Source of the DNA: Candidatus Ozemobacter sp.
GTDB taxonomy: Bacteria > Muiribacteriota > Ozemobacteria > Ozemobacterales > Ozemobacteraceae
Length of the DNA stretch: 51,595 nucleotides
Direction: 5' to 3'
NCBI GenBank assembly: GCA_030446435.1
Contig: JASURT010000001.1
Span: forward strand, 1 to 51,595
A model generated the notes under the pieces. The model was not told the origin of the DNA. It saw nothing but the letters and a program-made list of their open reading frames with translations, and searched no databases. Position numbers and translations under genes: made by a program. This document shows, piece after piece, positions 15,345 to 24,433 of the stretch. Each line of letters starts with the position of its first letter. The first letter of the stretch is position 1.

Positions 15345-17248
15345 GCTCTCGTTAAAGGAAGTGATGCAACTTCCAGCATACGCACAAAATCCGGCTGAAA
15401 CAGATACAAAAACAGCTCGCGACGACCGTAGCGATTATGAATGACCCGAATCAGACTGTATGTGTCGCTTTTAATTCGCTTACCACCTGAAAGCTGCAAT
15501 GCCTTCTGTTCAAGCTTGCCTACCAGTTGGGCATCGATTTGCCCCTTTACCATGGCAACGAACCGACGCAGATTCAAGCGTTCGGTCAGGCATACCAGCA
15601 ATGAATCAGTGAATTTTTGAAATCTTTCAAGCAGCATCTGATCATCGCCTTCGATAAAGTGAGGCCTTTTGCCACATTCAGTCTGATAATGCATTGAAAC
15701 CAGGAAGGTTATCTTTTCAGCGGCGGCTATCTGGCGCAGAGCCTGCAATTTGTCACAGGCATTGTCGCCAAGCATTTCAAGAGTTAAAGACTCAAGTATC
15801 ACCAGTCTGTCAGAACCTTCCGGAAGCATTCTCGCCAATTCGAGAACTTCGTCGACATCGAGCTCAGCACGACAATTCTCGGCGCCACTGAAAAAGAAGT
15901 TTTCTGGTAGCGAGTTTGTGAATTTTTCTATGCCGGCTGCCATTACTTTTCTGGCTTCGACCCCATTCGCATCTGGCAATGCAATCATGCCAAGCAGATC
16001 GTTCAAATTGACATTACCGCCCGATAATGCAGAACGAAGAGCAAATTCGCGCAGACCATGTTCAAAAGAAACATAAAGAACCGTGGTGTTCTGTCGTGAA
16101 ATAATGGCCTGTTGCATAAGAAAAGAGGCTTTGCCGCTACCAACCGGCCCGGCAATAAGATGAACGCAATTCTTGGTCCAGCCTCCGCCAAGGCATTTGT
16201 CGAGACCTGCTGAAACCGACTTCAATGCCGGCGGAAGTTCTTTAAAGCATTCACCCGCACCGGCAAGTTCTTCTAAAAGAGGCTGAAATCTGCCGCTAAA
16301 GGCCTTGGCGACAGCCTTACCTGTCGCACCGATGCCAACTTTTGCCCCCGGCCGGGGTATTTCGGGCAGGGCTTCGATCTTTTCCTTCAGCCCCGCAACC
16401 GGCGGCAACTGGGTTTGAACGAATTTTATCCAGTTAAGGCTTTCCTGAACACATTCCTGAACAGATCTCTTTTTTGCACAAAAATCTGAGAAAGCGGCCA
16501 CACCGTAAGCAAAATGAGATGGTCCGACACTTACTTTGGTTCGATGTAAAATCGGATGGGCACTGCCGGGAATTAGAATCTGATATTCAGGGTTACAGCT
16601 CGAAAGAACCATCGTTTTTATTGAAGTTTTGGCGGGTTTTCCATCAAGATCACGAATCTCGGCCACCTGACAAAGAAGACGATAATAAAAAGAGCCTGTA
16701 TCGGCATTTCCTTCCAGGCCCAATACCCCCGGGTGAATTTCGATGCAAATTTCTTCCGGGGTGGCGTAAATTGCCATGGTTTCAGCCGGAATACCCATCT
16801 TTTTCAACGTATCGATACATTTTACCGAATCATCGTAAACCTGTTGAAAGCCAAACACCTCTGTTGAAGGTTTGTAAGGGTTGCCATCGACATGAATCAA
16901 GCAATCATCAGAACTCAAAATCTTCTGCAACTCACTCATACCAGGAAGCTGGGGAAGTTTTCTTCCGCCGGTTTCTATTTCAATGCCAAGCCCCTGATAT
17001 TCACAACCCTCAGTCAATAAATCGCGCGCGCGTCTTACCGAAAAAACCAGAGTCAAAGGCCCAAAATGCTTGTCGCTTGCGCCACCGACAAATTTTTTAA
17101 AGGCCTCGTGGTTATCAGATTCAAGAAAAAACGGTGCCCTGAAAAGACCTTCAGGCGACTTTTTCAGTTCTTCGGGAACCGAACTCAATTCACAAACTTT
17201 TGATCCATCATCAAAAGAAGAGTTAAATAACAGGGCAAAATGCGTCAT
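15341..17248 (-). CDS. two-domain protein: unassigned N-terminal domain (possibly AEP-primase-like) fused to a DnaB-C/RecA-like P-loop ATPase
   Basis: C-terminal half: LDKCLGGGWTKNCVHLIAGPVGSGKASFLMQQAI (Walker A in DnaB-C-like context), VLYVSFEHGLREFALRSAL, DRLVILESL (Walker B-like). N-terminal half: GLGIEIETGG, EEICIEIHPGV, YQILIPGSAHPILHRTKV (see finding). GAGGGGGA RBS upstream. Confidence 0.75.
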   Translation of the reverse strand: MTHFALLFNSSFDDGSKVCELSSVPEELKKSPEGLFRAPFFLESDNHEAFKKFVGGASDKHFGPLTLVFSVRRARDLLTEGCEYQGLGIEIETGGRKLPQLPGMSELQKILSSDDCLIHVDGNPYKPSTEVFGFQQVYDDSVKCIDTLKKMGIPAETMAIYATPEEICIEIHPGVLGLEGNADTGSFYYRLLCQVAEIRDLDGKPAKTSIKTMVLSSCNPEYQILIPGSAHPILHRTKVSVGPSHFAYGVAAFSDFCAKKRSVQECVQESLNWIKFVQTQLPPVAGLKEKIEALPEIPRPGAKVGIGATGKAVAKAFSGRFQPLLEELAGAGECFKELPPALKSVSAGLDKCLGGGWTKNCVHLIAGPVGSGKASFLMQQAIISRQNTTVLYVSFEHGLREFALRSALSGGNVNLNDLLGMIALPDANGVEARKVMAAGIEKFTNSLPENFFFSGAENCRAELDVDEVLELARMLPEGSDRLVILESLTLEMLGDNACDKLQALRQIAAAEKITFLVSMHYQTECGKRPHFIEGDDQMLLERFQKFTDSLLVCLTERLNLRRFVAMVKGQIDAQLVGKLEQKALQLSGGKRIKSDTYSLIRVIHNRYGRRELFLYLFQPDFVRMLEVASLPLTRA

Positions 17249-17270
17249 TTATTCCCCCTCTGTAAATCTT

Positions 17271-18536
17271 TTATTGCTTCAGGCCGGTAATCAAAGAAAG
17301 TCGTTTTATAAAATCTTCATAAGACATGAGTCCACCGAGAAGACCGGCACCAACTCCTCGTGAAAAAGCAACAAAACCAGCCTGACCAGGCATTCGGCCC
17401 TCAGCCGAAAAGCTGATTGAGAATTTTTCGGCAAGAGCCTGTTGAAATCTTACCGAAATACTGCGCGAATCCTGGGCTTTAACCAGATCAAGAATTGTGT
17501 TTTCATCAATGCCGGCAAGAAAATCATACTTTTCTTTGAGCTGCGAAAGACTATCAGGATTACTTACCAGATCAACTGCGGCTTTATTGATTTCTGAAGC
17601 AGACCTGACAAAGTCTGCCAGCTTGAAATCTTTTCTGTAAGAGTAACTGCCTGCATCAAGATCTTCGACTATAATAACCAAAGTATCTTTTCGGCCTGAA
17701 ACAAAATAGTTGATCTGATGCATTACTTTTTCCTGAATTTTAAGGTGCTCCAGCATATCGGCAAACCGGCCTTCATCGCGTGCTTTAGCTGCACCCTTCG
17801 AGCCGACAAGCAAAAGAAAACCATTTTTTTCTACCGACAGTCGACTTAAAGTCGCGGTGACCAGCTCATCAAAATATGGTTGCGAAATGTCACCAACGGT
17901 CGCCGCACCCAGTGGGTTTCGTTTGAAACACCCAACTACCTTTTCAGCTTTTCCTGAAAACAGGCGATCGAGATCTCTTCGGTTGGTGGCATATTCGATG
18001 TTTCGGCCGCTGAACTTTTTGACCAGTTTGCCGCGCTCTTCCTCATTCGTGAAATCGGCAAGACTGAGAGCCATCTTGGCCCGATCAAAAAGCTCGGTGG
18101 TTTTCATCCGCAAAAAATCACAGGCCGATGAACAGTCAAATTCAGAGTCAGAAACGATACCAGCAACCCGGCCATTGCCGGTAAGAAAGCTTATAAGGTC
18201 GATCTGCCGTCTTTCAGATGCTGCGCATATCGTGGGCAGAACGATCTGCATGCTTTCCATTTCATTTATTTCATGTTTTCTTTGACGCAAAGTCCGATAA
18301 ATTGAAGCCGTTTCGCCCAGAAACCCTGAGCCGAAAAGAATGATGATATTCCGTGCCGGCTTCTCATCGAGCAAGCCCCGTTTTCGTGCGACCTCTTCGA
18401 AGGTCAGGGGTTTGATATTTACCGGGGTTATCAAATCAGTTTCGTCTATGGTCGGCGGGTTGATAGGAAGGCTTTGCTGAGCATGACAAACACAAGCAAT
18501 CATCATAATCAACAGAATCAGATTTTTTTTCAGCAT
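17271..18536 (-). CDS. secreted alkaline-phosphatase-fold protein with most catalytic metal ligands substituted (predicted pseudoenzyme)
   Basis: Signal peptide MLKKNLILLIMMIACVCHA. Block-wise similarity to E. coli PhoA: KPARNIIILFGSGFLG vs KPAKNIILLIGDGMG; KNGFLLLVGSKGAAKARDE vs KGFFLQVEGASIDKQDH; DTLVIIVEDLDA vs NTLVIVTADHAH; GRMPGQ vs EHTGSQ. GGAGG RBS upstream. Confidence 0.7.
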   Translation of the reverse strand: MLKKNLILLIMMIACVCHAQQSLPINPPTIDETDLITPVNIKPLTFEEVARKRGLLDEKPARNIIILFGSGFLGETASIYRTLRQRKHEINEMESMQIVLPTICAASERRQIDLISFLTGNGRVAGIVSDSEFDCSSACDFLRMKTTELFDRAKMALSLADFTNEEERGKLVKKFSGRNIEYATNRRDLDRLFSGKAEKVVGCFKRNPLGAATVGDISQPYFDELVTATLSRLSVEKNGFLLLVGSKGAAKARDEGRFADMLEHLKIQEKVMHQINYFVSGRKDTLVIIVEDLDAGSYSYRKDFKLADFVRSASEINKAAVDLVSNPDSLSQLKEKYDFLAGIDENTILDLVKAQDSRSISVRFQQALAEKFSISFSAEGRMPGQAGFVAFSRGVGAGLLGGLMSYEDFIKRLSLITGLKQ

Positions 18537-18753
18537 GTTTGTCCTCCGGTATTTTGCATTTTTATATGGTATCTCAGAAAACAGCCTTACTGCAACAAAA
18601 CTGAAACCACCGAAAAATAGCTTTGCTGTTTACGGCAAAATCTTCAGTGCAGGTAATTGCAGAGCGTTAGCTAACGAAAGGCTTCCCTGACTCTCTGAAC
18701 AACCTTCCATAAAAGCCCCGGCGACCTTCATGATGACGGGGTTCAAGGTTTTC

Positions 18754-18783
18754 TTGCACAACGTTTTGGTCTTGCGATAGAAT
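18754..18783 (+). promoter_or_regulatory. sigma70-like promoter candidate for the alpha-2-macroglobulin/pbpC operon (TTGCAC-18-TAGAAT)
   Basis: TTGCAC at 18754-18759 and TAGAAT at 18778-18783. The -10 overlaps the ORF-track ATG at 18782, which argues for the downstream ATG at 18818, preceded by GAGGTG. Confidence 0.4.
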
Positions 18784-18817
18784 GATTGCAGAAAGAAAAG
18801 TAGAGGTGCGGCAAATA

Positions 18818-21800
18818 ATGCGAAATTCCCTTTTTAAAGCCATTTTTATCGGTTTATTTTTTCTGATTTTAATTGCGAACGGTACCCAGGCCATGGAATC
18901 TGGAATGAAATACCAGATGACCGCAGAAGGGCGCTTGCAGCCGGCCAACTGGCAACTAAAGCTTACATTTGATCAACCCGTCTCGATTCTTGAGATTTCG
19001 CGCCGGATTTCTCTGAAATTCAATGATAAAAAAGCCGAATTCAAAATCTGGAACGCAAAAGAAATCGGCGAAGAAGAATCAAGAAAATCGCTGCCACCTG
19101 AAAGAAATGTGTTCATACTCAGACCGGCGGTGGTTCCTGACGCTTCAGGCACTAATCGCGTCACCATCAGCAGACACCTGATCACGGTCAATAAGAGCAA
19201 ACCCCTGAAGACTGACAAAGAAATCGTTTTTGATTCTGCCATAGGCACGACTATGCTCGGCTTCGAAGCCTATTTCAACTCGCCGACCAATAAAGGCGTA
19301 AAAATATATCTCTCAGATCGAATTTCTGATCATATGCTGAAAAAGAAAATCAGAATTTTTCCACCGATTGGCTATTTTTCAGTCGACAGACAATACAGCC
19401 GAACCACAAACGAATACAAGGTTTCAGGAAAATTTTTAACCGGGCAGAAATATAAAATCGAATTGCTGGGCGGTTCTCTGGGGGAAAAAGACAAGGTTCT
19501 GACCCCCACTTCTTTCGAATTTGTTTCGTGCGGCCCCAAACCCGAGATCAGGTTTGCTGCTGACCGCTCAGTACTTGAATTGAAAAGTCGGCAGATGATT
19601 CCGTTAAGCTTTGCCAATATCGGTAACTTCAAAACCCAGATCATGAAAATACCGGCTTATTTCGGTCCGTGGCTCGACTCTCTAACCGTCTTTCCCGAAG
19701 CCGAAGAAAAACGACCTACTGAAGTAACTTCTTTTAGACTTGAAGGAGCAGAAAAGAAAGCTCTCGAAAGCTCGGCCGCAGAACTCGACAACCTGATGCT
19801 GACATGCGTCAATCGATTCGCAGAGCTGAAAAATATGCCGAACAAAAGCGACCTGATCGGCATTGAAGATTTTCTGACCCCTGAATTCTCATCTAACAGT
19901 GAAGGCTATATGGGTTCAGATGACCCCGACAAAGAATATTATTTTGCGCTGCCACTCGATTCAAGGCCAGACCCGACCGTTGGCGGCAATGTATTGATCA
20001 GAGTTAACGAAGCCGATATCGAGAATGGACAGCAGGCCACCAGACTGTTTCAGTTAACCGACCTTTCGATAACTTACAAATTCAGCCGCAAAGAGCTTCT
20101 TCTCTGGGTAACCTCCATCGAAACCGGAAAACCCGTAAGCGGTGTTTCGACAATGGTCATGCTGCAACCTGATCAGACCATTTTTCCGGGAAAAACCGAC
20201 AAAGACGGCATAATCAGGATTTCACAGCGAAATGAATACCCTGCAATCAGCTGGTCTGGTAACACACCACAAATCACAAGAATAAAACCCATTATCCACA
20301 ACATGCTGATTGCCGCGGCTGCAACGCCTGAAGACAGCTGTTTCATCAGGCTGAGCACAAACCGCTTCATTCCATCTTCGGTCAATATGGCCAGCCCCGA
20401 TACAAAAAGTGAACTCGGCGCAAAAGCCCACCTTTTCACGGAACGCGGGGTTTACAAACAAAAAGAAACCGTCTACTGGAAAGCCACGGTGCGCGAATAT
20501 ATCGACAAGACGATCAAGCCAGTCAGTGGCGAGAAAGTCAGGGTGAAGATTTATGACCCGAGAGGCGAAGAAATTTTTTCAGCCGATAAAGACCTGAGCA
20601 ATTTCGGAACCTGCTCTGACGAGCTTAAACTCACTGCTTATGCTCCTTTAGGTCAGTATAACATTAAACTTTACCGCCTGGTCGATTCTGAAGAAGGTGA
20701 AAAAAAAGGGCTCGACCCCAAATGGGATTTTCTCATGAATCGCAAAGCAACCAGAAACACTGACAAGCACAAAGAAACTCGCGTGGCCAACGCAAAAAAA
20801 ATGGAAGCCTTTCTTGTTTCAACAGGCTTTCAGGTTCAGGAATTCGAACCTCCAAGACACTACGTTGATATAAATCTGAAACTCGACAAGCGCACCGTAA
20901 AAATGATTGTCGGCAAAGAAACCGAACAGCCCTTTCTGGAATGCCGCATCAAAAGTCTCTATTATACCGGTGGACCTCTTAGACATGCCAAGGTTCAATG
21001 GACCGCATATCTTACCGAACGCGACAGCAATGTAAAAGAATACCCGCTCTTTCAATTCGGCAATAATGAAGCCTTTAAAGATCTTATTGAATCGGGCAAT
21101 TCGGTTCTGGACAAAAACGGCGAACTGGTTCTGGCTATTCCGGTATCCCAGTCAGTTTTAAGCGGAATCAACAGCATAGAGGTCAGTGCCACAGTATTGG
21201 ATGTTGACGCAAGGCCATCAACCGGAATAGAGCGGTTCTCGCATCAGCCTGAATTCAAGGTCGGTATCTGCAAACTACCCGGATCCATGTCTCAGGGCCA
21301 GGAATTCCCGGTTCAGGTAATAGTTCTCGACCAGAATGGCACCAGGTTGAAGTCAGGCGAAGTTCAGCTTGAAATAATGCGCAAGAAATGGTTTTACACC
21401 CAGAAACGTGACGAATCAGGAGGAATTTATTACCATTGGGCAAGCGGCTGGTTGCGCAATCAAAGTGCAAAACAACAAATCAAAAATGATTCGGCGACAT
21501 TTGAGCTTGTTCTGGCTGAAGGCGGCGATTACATGCTTCAGGCCACTTTTAAAAACAGTGCCGGCGAATTTAAATCTGCTTACAGCTTTTACGTCGATTA
21601 TTCTTACTCAAGCTTTACTGACATGAATGATGTTTCTCGCATGCGAAGCGAGAATGAAATAATTCTTCTGGCCGACAAATCGGTTGCGCCAATAAACGAT
21701 AAAGTAAAAATCAGATATTCTCTACCAGAGGTTTGCGAATACGCCCTTCTTACAAGAGAAACAGACGAATTGCTCAGCGCCAGAGTTGTTAAGCTCGACA

Positions 21801-24406
21801 AACCACAGGGCGAATTTGTCGAGCTTATAAGCGAAGAATGCAGACCGAATGTCTTTATAAGCATGACCGCTCCGACACGCCGCAATTCTTTCCCGGTTTA
21901 TACAAGTCAGATGGACAGCGATTACCCGCGCACTTATTTCGGTTTTACCAATATTAAAGTGCAAAACACCGTAGATAAGCTGAACATTGCCATCGCACCC
22001 GGCAAAGCCGGAGAGCTTAAAGCTTTGCCCGGTGAAGAAGTTGAACTGAACTTTAACGTTACCGACAAAAACGATAAACCTGCTAAAGCTGAGGTTGCAA
22101 TTTGCGTTGTCGACGAAGCGGTTCTCTCACTTACCGGCTATTCAACCCCTGTGCTCGACGCACTAGCAGATTTTATGCTACCCCTTTCTGTTTTTACCGG
22201 CGACCTGCGCACCTCGCTTATAAGCCAGGAACTTTTCAGGCTTATTACTACACGTGCATTGACCGGTGGTGATGGCGGCGCCGGGGCAATAACCGCTGAC
22301 CTTGACATTAGAAAAGATTTCAGGCCGGTGGCCTTCTGGAACCCTGCATTGTTACCTGATGCTCAGGGCAACATAAGAATAAGTTTCAAGCTGCCCGACA
22401 GCATGACGTCTTATCGAATTTACGCCGTAGCTGTTGATCAGGGCGCGGCCTTTGCTTCAGCCCAGCGCCAGATGAAAGTCAGCAAAGACTTTTATCTCGA
22501 ACCGGGTTTGCCGAGGTTTCTCGTTGCCGGCGACCGGGCTGTTTTTCCTTTAACTTTTAACAACAAATCAGAGCAACAAGGCAAAGCGACGTATCAGATC
22601 GTTCAGGCCAAAAACCTTACATTAACCCCGATGCAGGGCGAAGTCGACATGAACTCGTTCAGCAATTCTCTCAGTAAGCTCACACTCGAAGCTGCAAATG
22701 GAGCAGGAGACAGCAGCCTGATCGTATCAGGCAATTTCAATGGCATGACCGACGCGATAGAACGCAGTTTGCCTATCAAGCCGGCCGCCACAATCATAAA
22801 CCGGCAGATAAGCGGTCATTTCACGAAAGATCATAGTGCCAGACCTGAAATTCCTGACCATGTCAAAAGTCTCACCGCTCAACAAAAATCCGGAACACTG
22901 ATGGCGCGCCTGAGTATTTCGACCAGTCAGTGGTCACGCATTGTTCCGACCCTTTCTTATCTGCTCAGATACCCTTACGGATGTGTCGAACAGACAAGTT
23001 CCGGCATAATTCCACTTGCGGCTATGCGAGCATTGATCAAAGAAGGTCGACTGCCCGGCATCAGTCTCGAACAGGTGGACAACTACCTTGAAGACGGAAT
23101 TAATCGTCTGTTTGTGATGCAAAGACCTTCAGGCGGCTTTTCTTATTGGCCCGGCAGTAACTATGAGTCATGGTGGGGAACCCAATACGCGGTTCTTGCT
23201 CTGACTATGGCAAAGCGTTCAGGAATTGATATCGATGAAGAGCGTCTGGCAAAAGCAATAAGCCATATTCGCACCGGCCTTTTTGCCAGAACCGGTGAAA
23301 ATCGATATCAGTATGGTTTAATGGCCATGGCCGTAGTAAATCTGGCAATGAACAGCAAAATTAAACCCGCCGACATGGATATTCTCAAGGCAAGGTTCTC
23401 AGGCATTGGTGGTGAATCTGATCCATTGATGATTCTCGCAGAGTCCATCGCTGCGACATCAGATAAAAACAAGCTTCACGCAATGCTGAAAAATCTTAAA
23501 CCGGTTTCAAAATCTGTAGACCACAGCTGGTATTACTCTTCTACGCGACAAAACGCCTTTTCTTTGATGGCAATTCTTTCGGCATCGGGTAACATGAAAC
23601 AGGCCGATGAATTTGCCGGCGAGCTTTTAAACAATATTGGCAGCAAAGGTTACTGGAACTCGACTGCCGACACAGGCATAGCTCTTCTGGCTCTTGCAGA
23701 ATACTTCAAAAAGACGCAAACCGGAGAGAAAGAGAATGTAGATGTGGTCATCAAGACTATCAGCGGCGAAAGAACGGTTAATACTGGCAAATATGGTGTC
23801 GTAACCGAGCTTTCCCAGGATGAACTGCTTGATGAAAAAGGGTTTACTCTGGTCTGCCAGGACAAAGTTCTCGTTAACTGGAGCCTTGAATACAGCTACC
23901 CTGACCTGGAAAACCGCAAAGACGATCTTCATCACGGCTTTTCTATAGAAAAAACTTTCAGAAACCTTAATGGGGAAGAAGAAATTCATGTCGGTGACCT
24001 GATCAAAGTCACCGTCGAATTTGAAGACAAATTCAGCGATGATGAAAAGTATTCGATTCTTCACTATCTCGCCATCGAAGACCCGATTCCGGCTGGTTTC
24101 ATACCGGTGAATTCTTCGCTTAAAAACGATAGTCTGCCGGCATCTGAAAGAGACAACGAAGAAGCTTACTGCGGCTGGCGGGAAGGGGCATATACATTCT
24201 ACGCCGACCACCAGGAAATGCAGAACGACAAGCTCGTGGCTTTCAAAAACAGATTCTGGTCCGGCCGATTTCGCCTCGTTTATTACGTAAGAGCCGTGTG
24301 TGAAGGCGACTTTAAAATGAAGCCGACCCGAATTTCACTGATGTACGACCCTGAAATTTACGGTATGACCGCACCAAAAACAATATCAGTTCTGCCTAAC
24401 CAGTAA
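18818..24406 (+). CDS. bacterial alpha-2-macroglobulin family protein with an intact thioester motif
   Basis: YPYGCVEQTSSG thioester site (CVEQ encoded at 22982-22993). Size is about 1860 aa. Sec-type signal MRNSLFKAIFIGLFFLILIANGTQA. Immediately followed by pbpC, as in the E. coli yfhM-pbpC pair. Start moved to 18818 (signal peptide plus RBS). Confidence 0.9.
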   Translation: MRNSLFKAIFIGLFFLILIANGTQAMESGMKYQMTAEGRLQPANWQLKLTFDQPVSILEISRRISLKFNDKKAEFKIWNAKEIGEEESRKSLPPERNVFILRPAVVPDASGTNRVTISRHLITVNKSKPLKTDKEIVFDSAIGTTMLGFEAYFNSPTNKGVKIYLSDRISDHMLKKKIRIFPPIGYFSVDRQYSRTTNEYKVSGKFLTGQKYKIELLGGSLGEKDKVLTPTSFEFVSCGPKPEIRFAADRSVLELKSRQMIPLSFANIGNFKTQIMKIPAYFGPWLDSLTVFPEAEEKRPTEVTSFRLEGAEKKALESSAAELDNLMLTCVNRFAELKNMPNKSDLIGIEDFLTPEFSSNSEGYMGSDDPDKEYYFALPLDSRPDPTVGGNVLIRVNEADIENGQQATRLFQLTDLSITYKFSRKELLLWVTSIETGKPVSGVSTMVMLQPDQTIFPGKTDKDGIIRISQRNEYPAISWSGNTPQITRIKPIIHNMLIAAAATPEDSCFIRLSTNRFIPSSVNMASPDTKSELGAKAHLFTERGVYKQKETVYWKATVREYIDKTIKPVSGEKVRVKIYDPRGEEIFSADKDLSNFGTCSDELKLTAYAPLGQYNIKLYRLVDSEEGEKKGLDPKWDFLMNRKATRNTDKHKETRVANAKKMEAFLVSTGFQVQEFEPPRHYVDINLKLDKRTVKMIVGKETEQPFLECRIKSLYYTGGPLRHAKVQWTAYLTERDSNVKEYPLFQFGNNEAFKDLIESGNSVLDKNGELVLAIPVSQSVLSGINSIEVSATVLDVDARPSTGIERFSHQPEFKVGICKLPGSMSQGQEFPVQVIVLDQNGTRLKSGEVQLEIMRKKWFYTQKRDESGGIYYHWASGWLRNQSAKQQIKNDSATFELVLAEGGDYMLQATFKNSAGEFKSAYSFYVDYSYSSFTDMNDVSRMRSENEIILLADKSVAPINDKVKIRYSLPEVCEYALLTRETDELLSARVVKLDKPQGEFVELISEECRPNVFISMTAPTRRNSFPVYTSQMDSDYPRTYFGFTNIKVQNTVDKLNIAIAPGKAGELKALPGEEVELNFNVTDKNDKPAKAEVAICVVDEAVLSLTGYSTPVLDALADFMLPLSVFTGDLRTSLISQELFRLITTRALTGGDGGAGAITADLDIRKDFRPVAFWNPALLPDAQGNIRISFKLPDSMTSYRIYAVAVDQGAAFASAQRQMKVSKDFYLEPGLPRFLVAGDRAVFPLTFNNKSEQQGKATYQIVQAKNLTLTPMQGEVDMNSFSNSLSKLTLEAANGAGDSSLIVSGNFNGMTDAIERSLPIKPAATIINRQISGHFTKDHSARPEIPDHVKSLTAQQKSGTLMARLSISTSQWSRIVPTLSYLLRYPYGCVEQTSSGIIPLAAMRALIKEGRLPGISLEQVDNYLEDGINRLFVMQRPSGGFSYWPGSNYESWWGTQYAVLALTMAKRSGIDIDEERLAKAISHIRTGLFARTGENRYQYGLMAMAVVNLAMNSKIKPADMDILKARFSGIGGESDPLMILAESIAATSDKNKLHAMLKNLKPVSKSVDHSWYYSSTRQNAFSLMAILSASGNMKQADEFAGELLNNIGSKGYWNSTADTGIALLALAEYFKKTQTGEKENVDVVIKTISGERTVNTGKYGVVTELSQDELLDEKGFTLVCQDKVLVNWSLEYSYPDLENRKDDLHHGFSIEKTFRNLNGEEEIHVGDLIKVTVEFEDKFSDDEKYSILHYLAIEDPIPAGFIPVNSSLKNDSLPASERDNEEAYCGWREGAYTFYADHQEMQNDKLVAFKNRFWSGRFRLVYYVRAVCEGDFKMKPTRISLMYDPEIYGMTAPKTISVLPNQ

Positions 24407-24433
24407 AACTCCGATCTGCTTAACGGATTAGTA

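Noticed and set aside
16474-17100. 208-aa plus-strand ORF (also 15694-15891, 15750-16076 and 17070-17363)
   Set aside because: They lie entirely antisense within the 635-aa ATPase gene. They are R/K/P/H-rich junk-like sequences with no RBS or family motif.
18667-18817. ORF-track start of the A2M gene at 18782, and the 93-aa minus ORF at 18667-18948
   Set aside because: The ATG at 18782 sits inside the putative -10 element and adds 12 non-signal residues. The ATG at 18818 has a GAGGTG RBS and begins a proper signal peptide. The minus ORF spans the promoter region and the A2M 5' end with no support.
23627-24211. 194-aa minus-strand ORF inside the alpha-2-macroglobulin gene (plus many 60-90-aa antisense ORFs from 18973 to 23865)
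   Set aside because: These are shadow ORFs of a long, well-supported gene. The composition is typical of an antisense frame (F/V/R-rich), and no start context is present.
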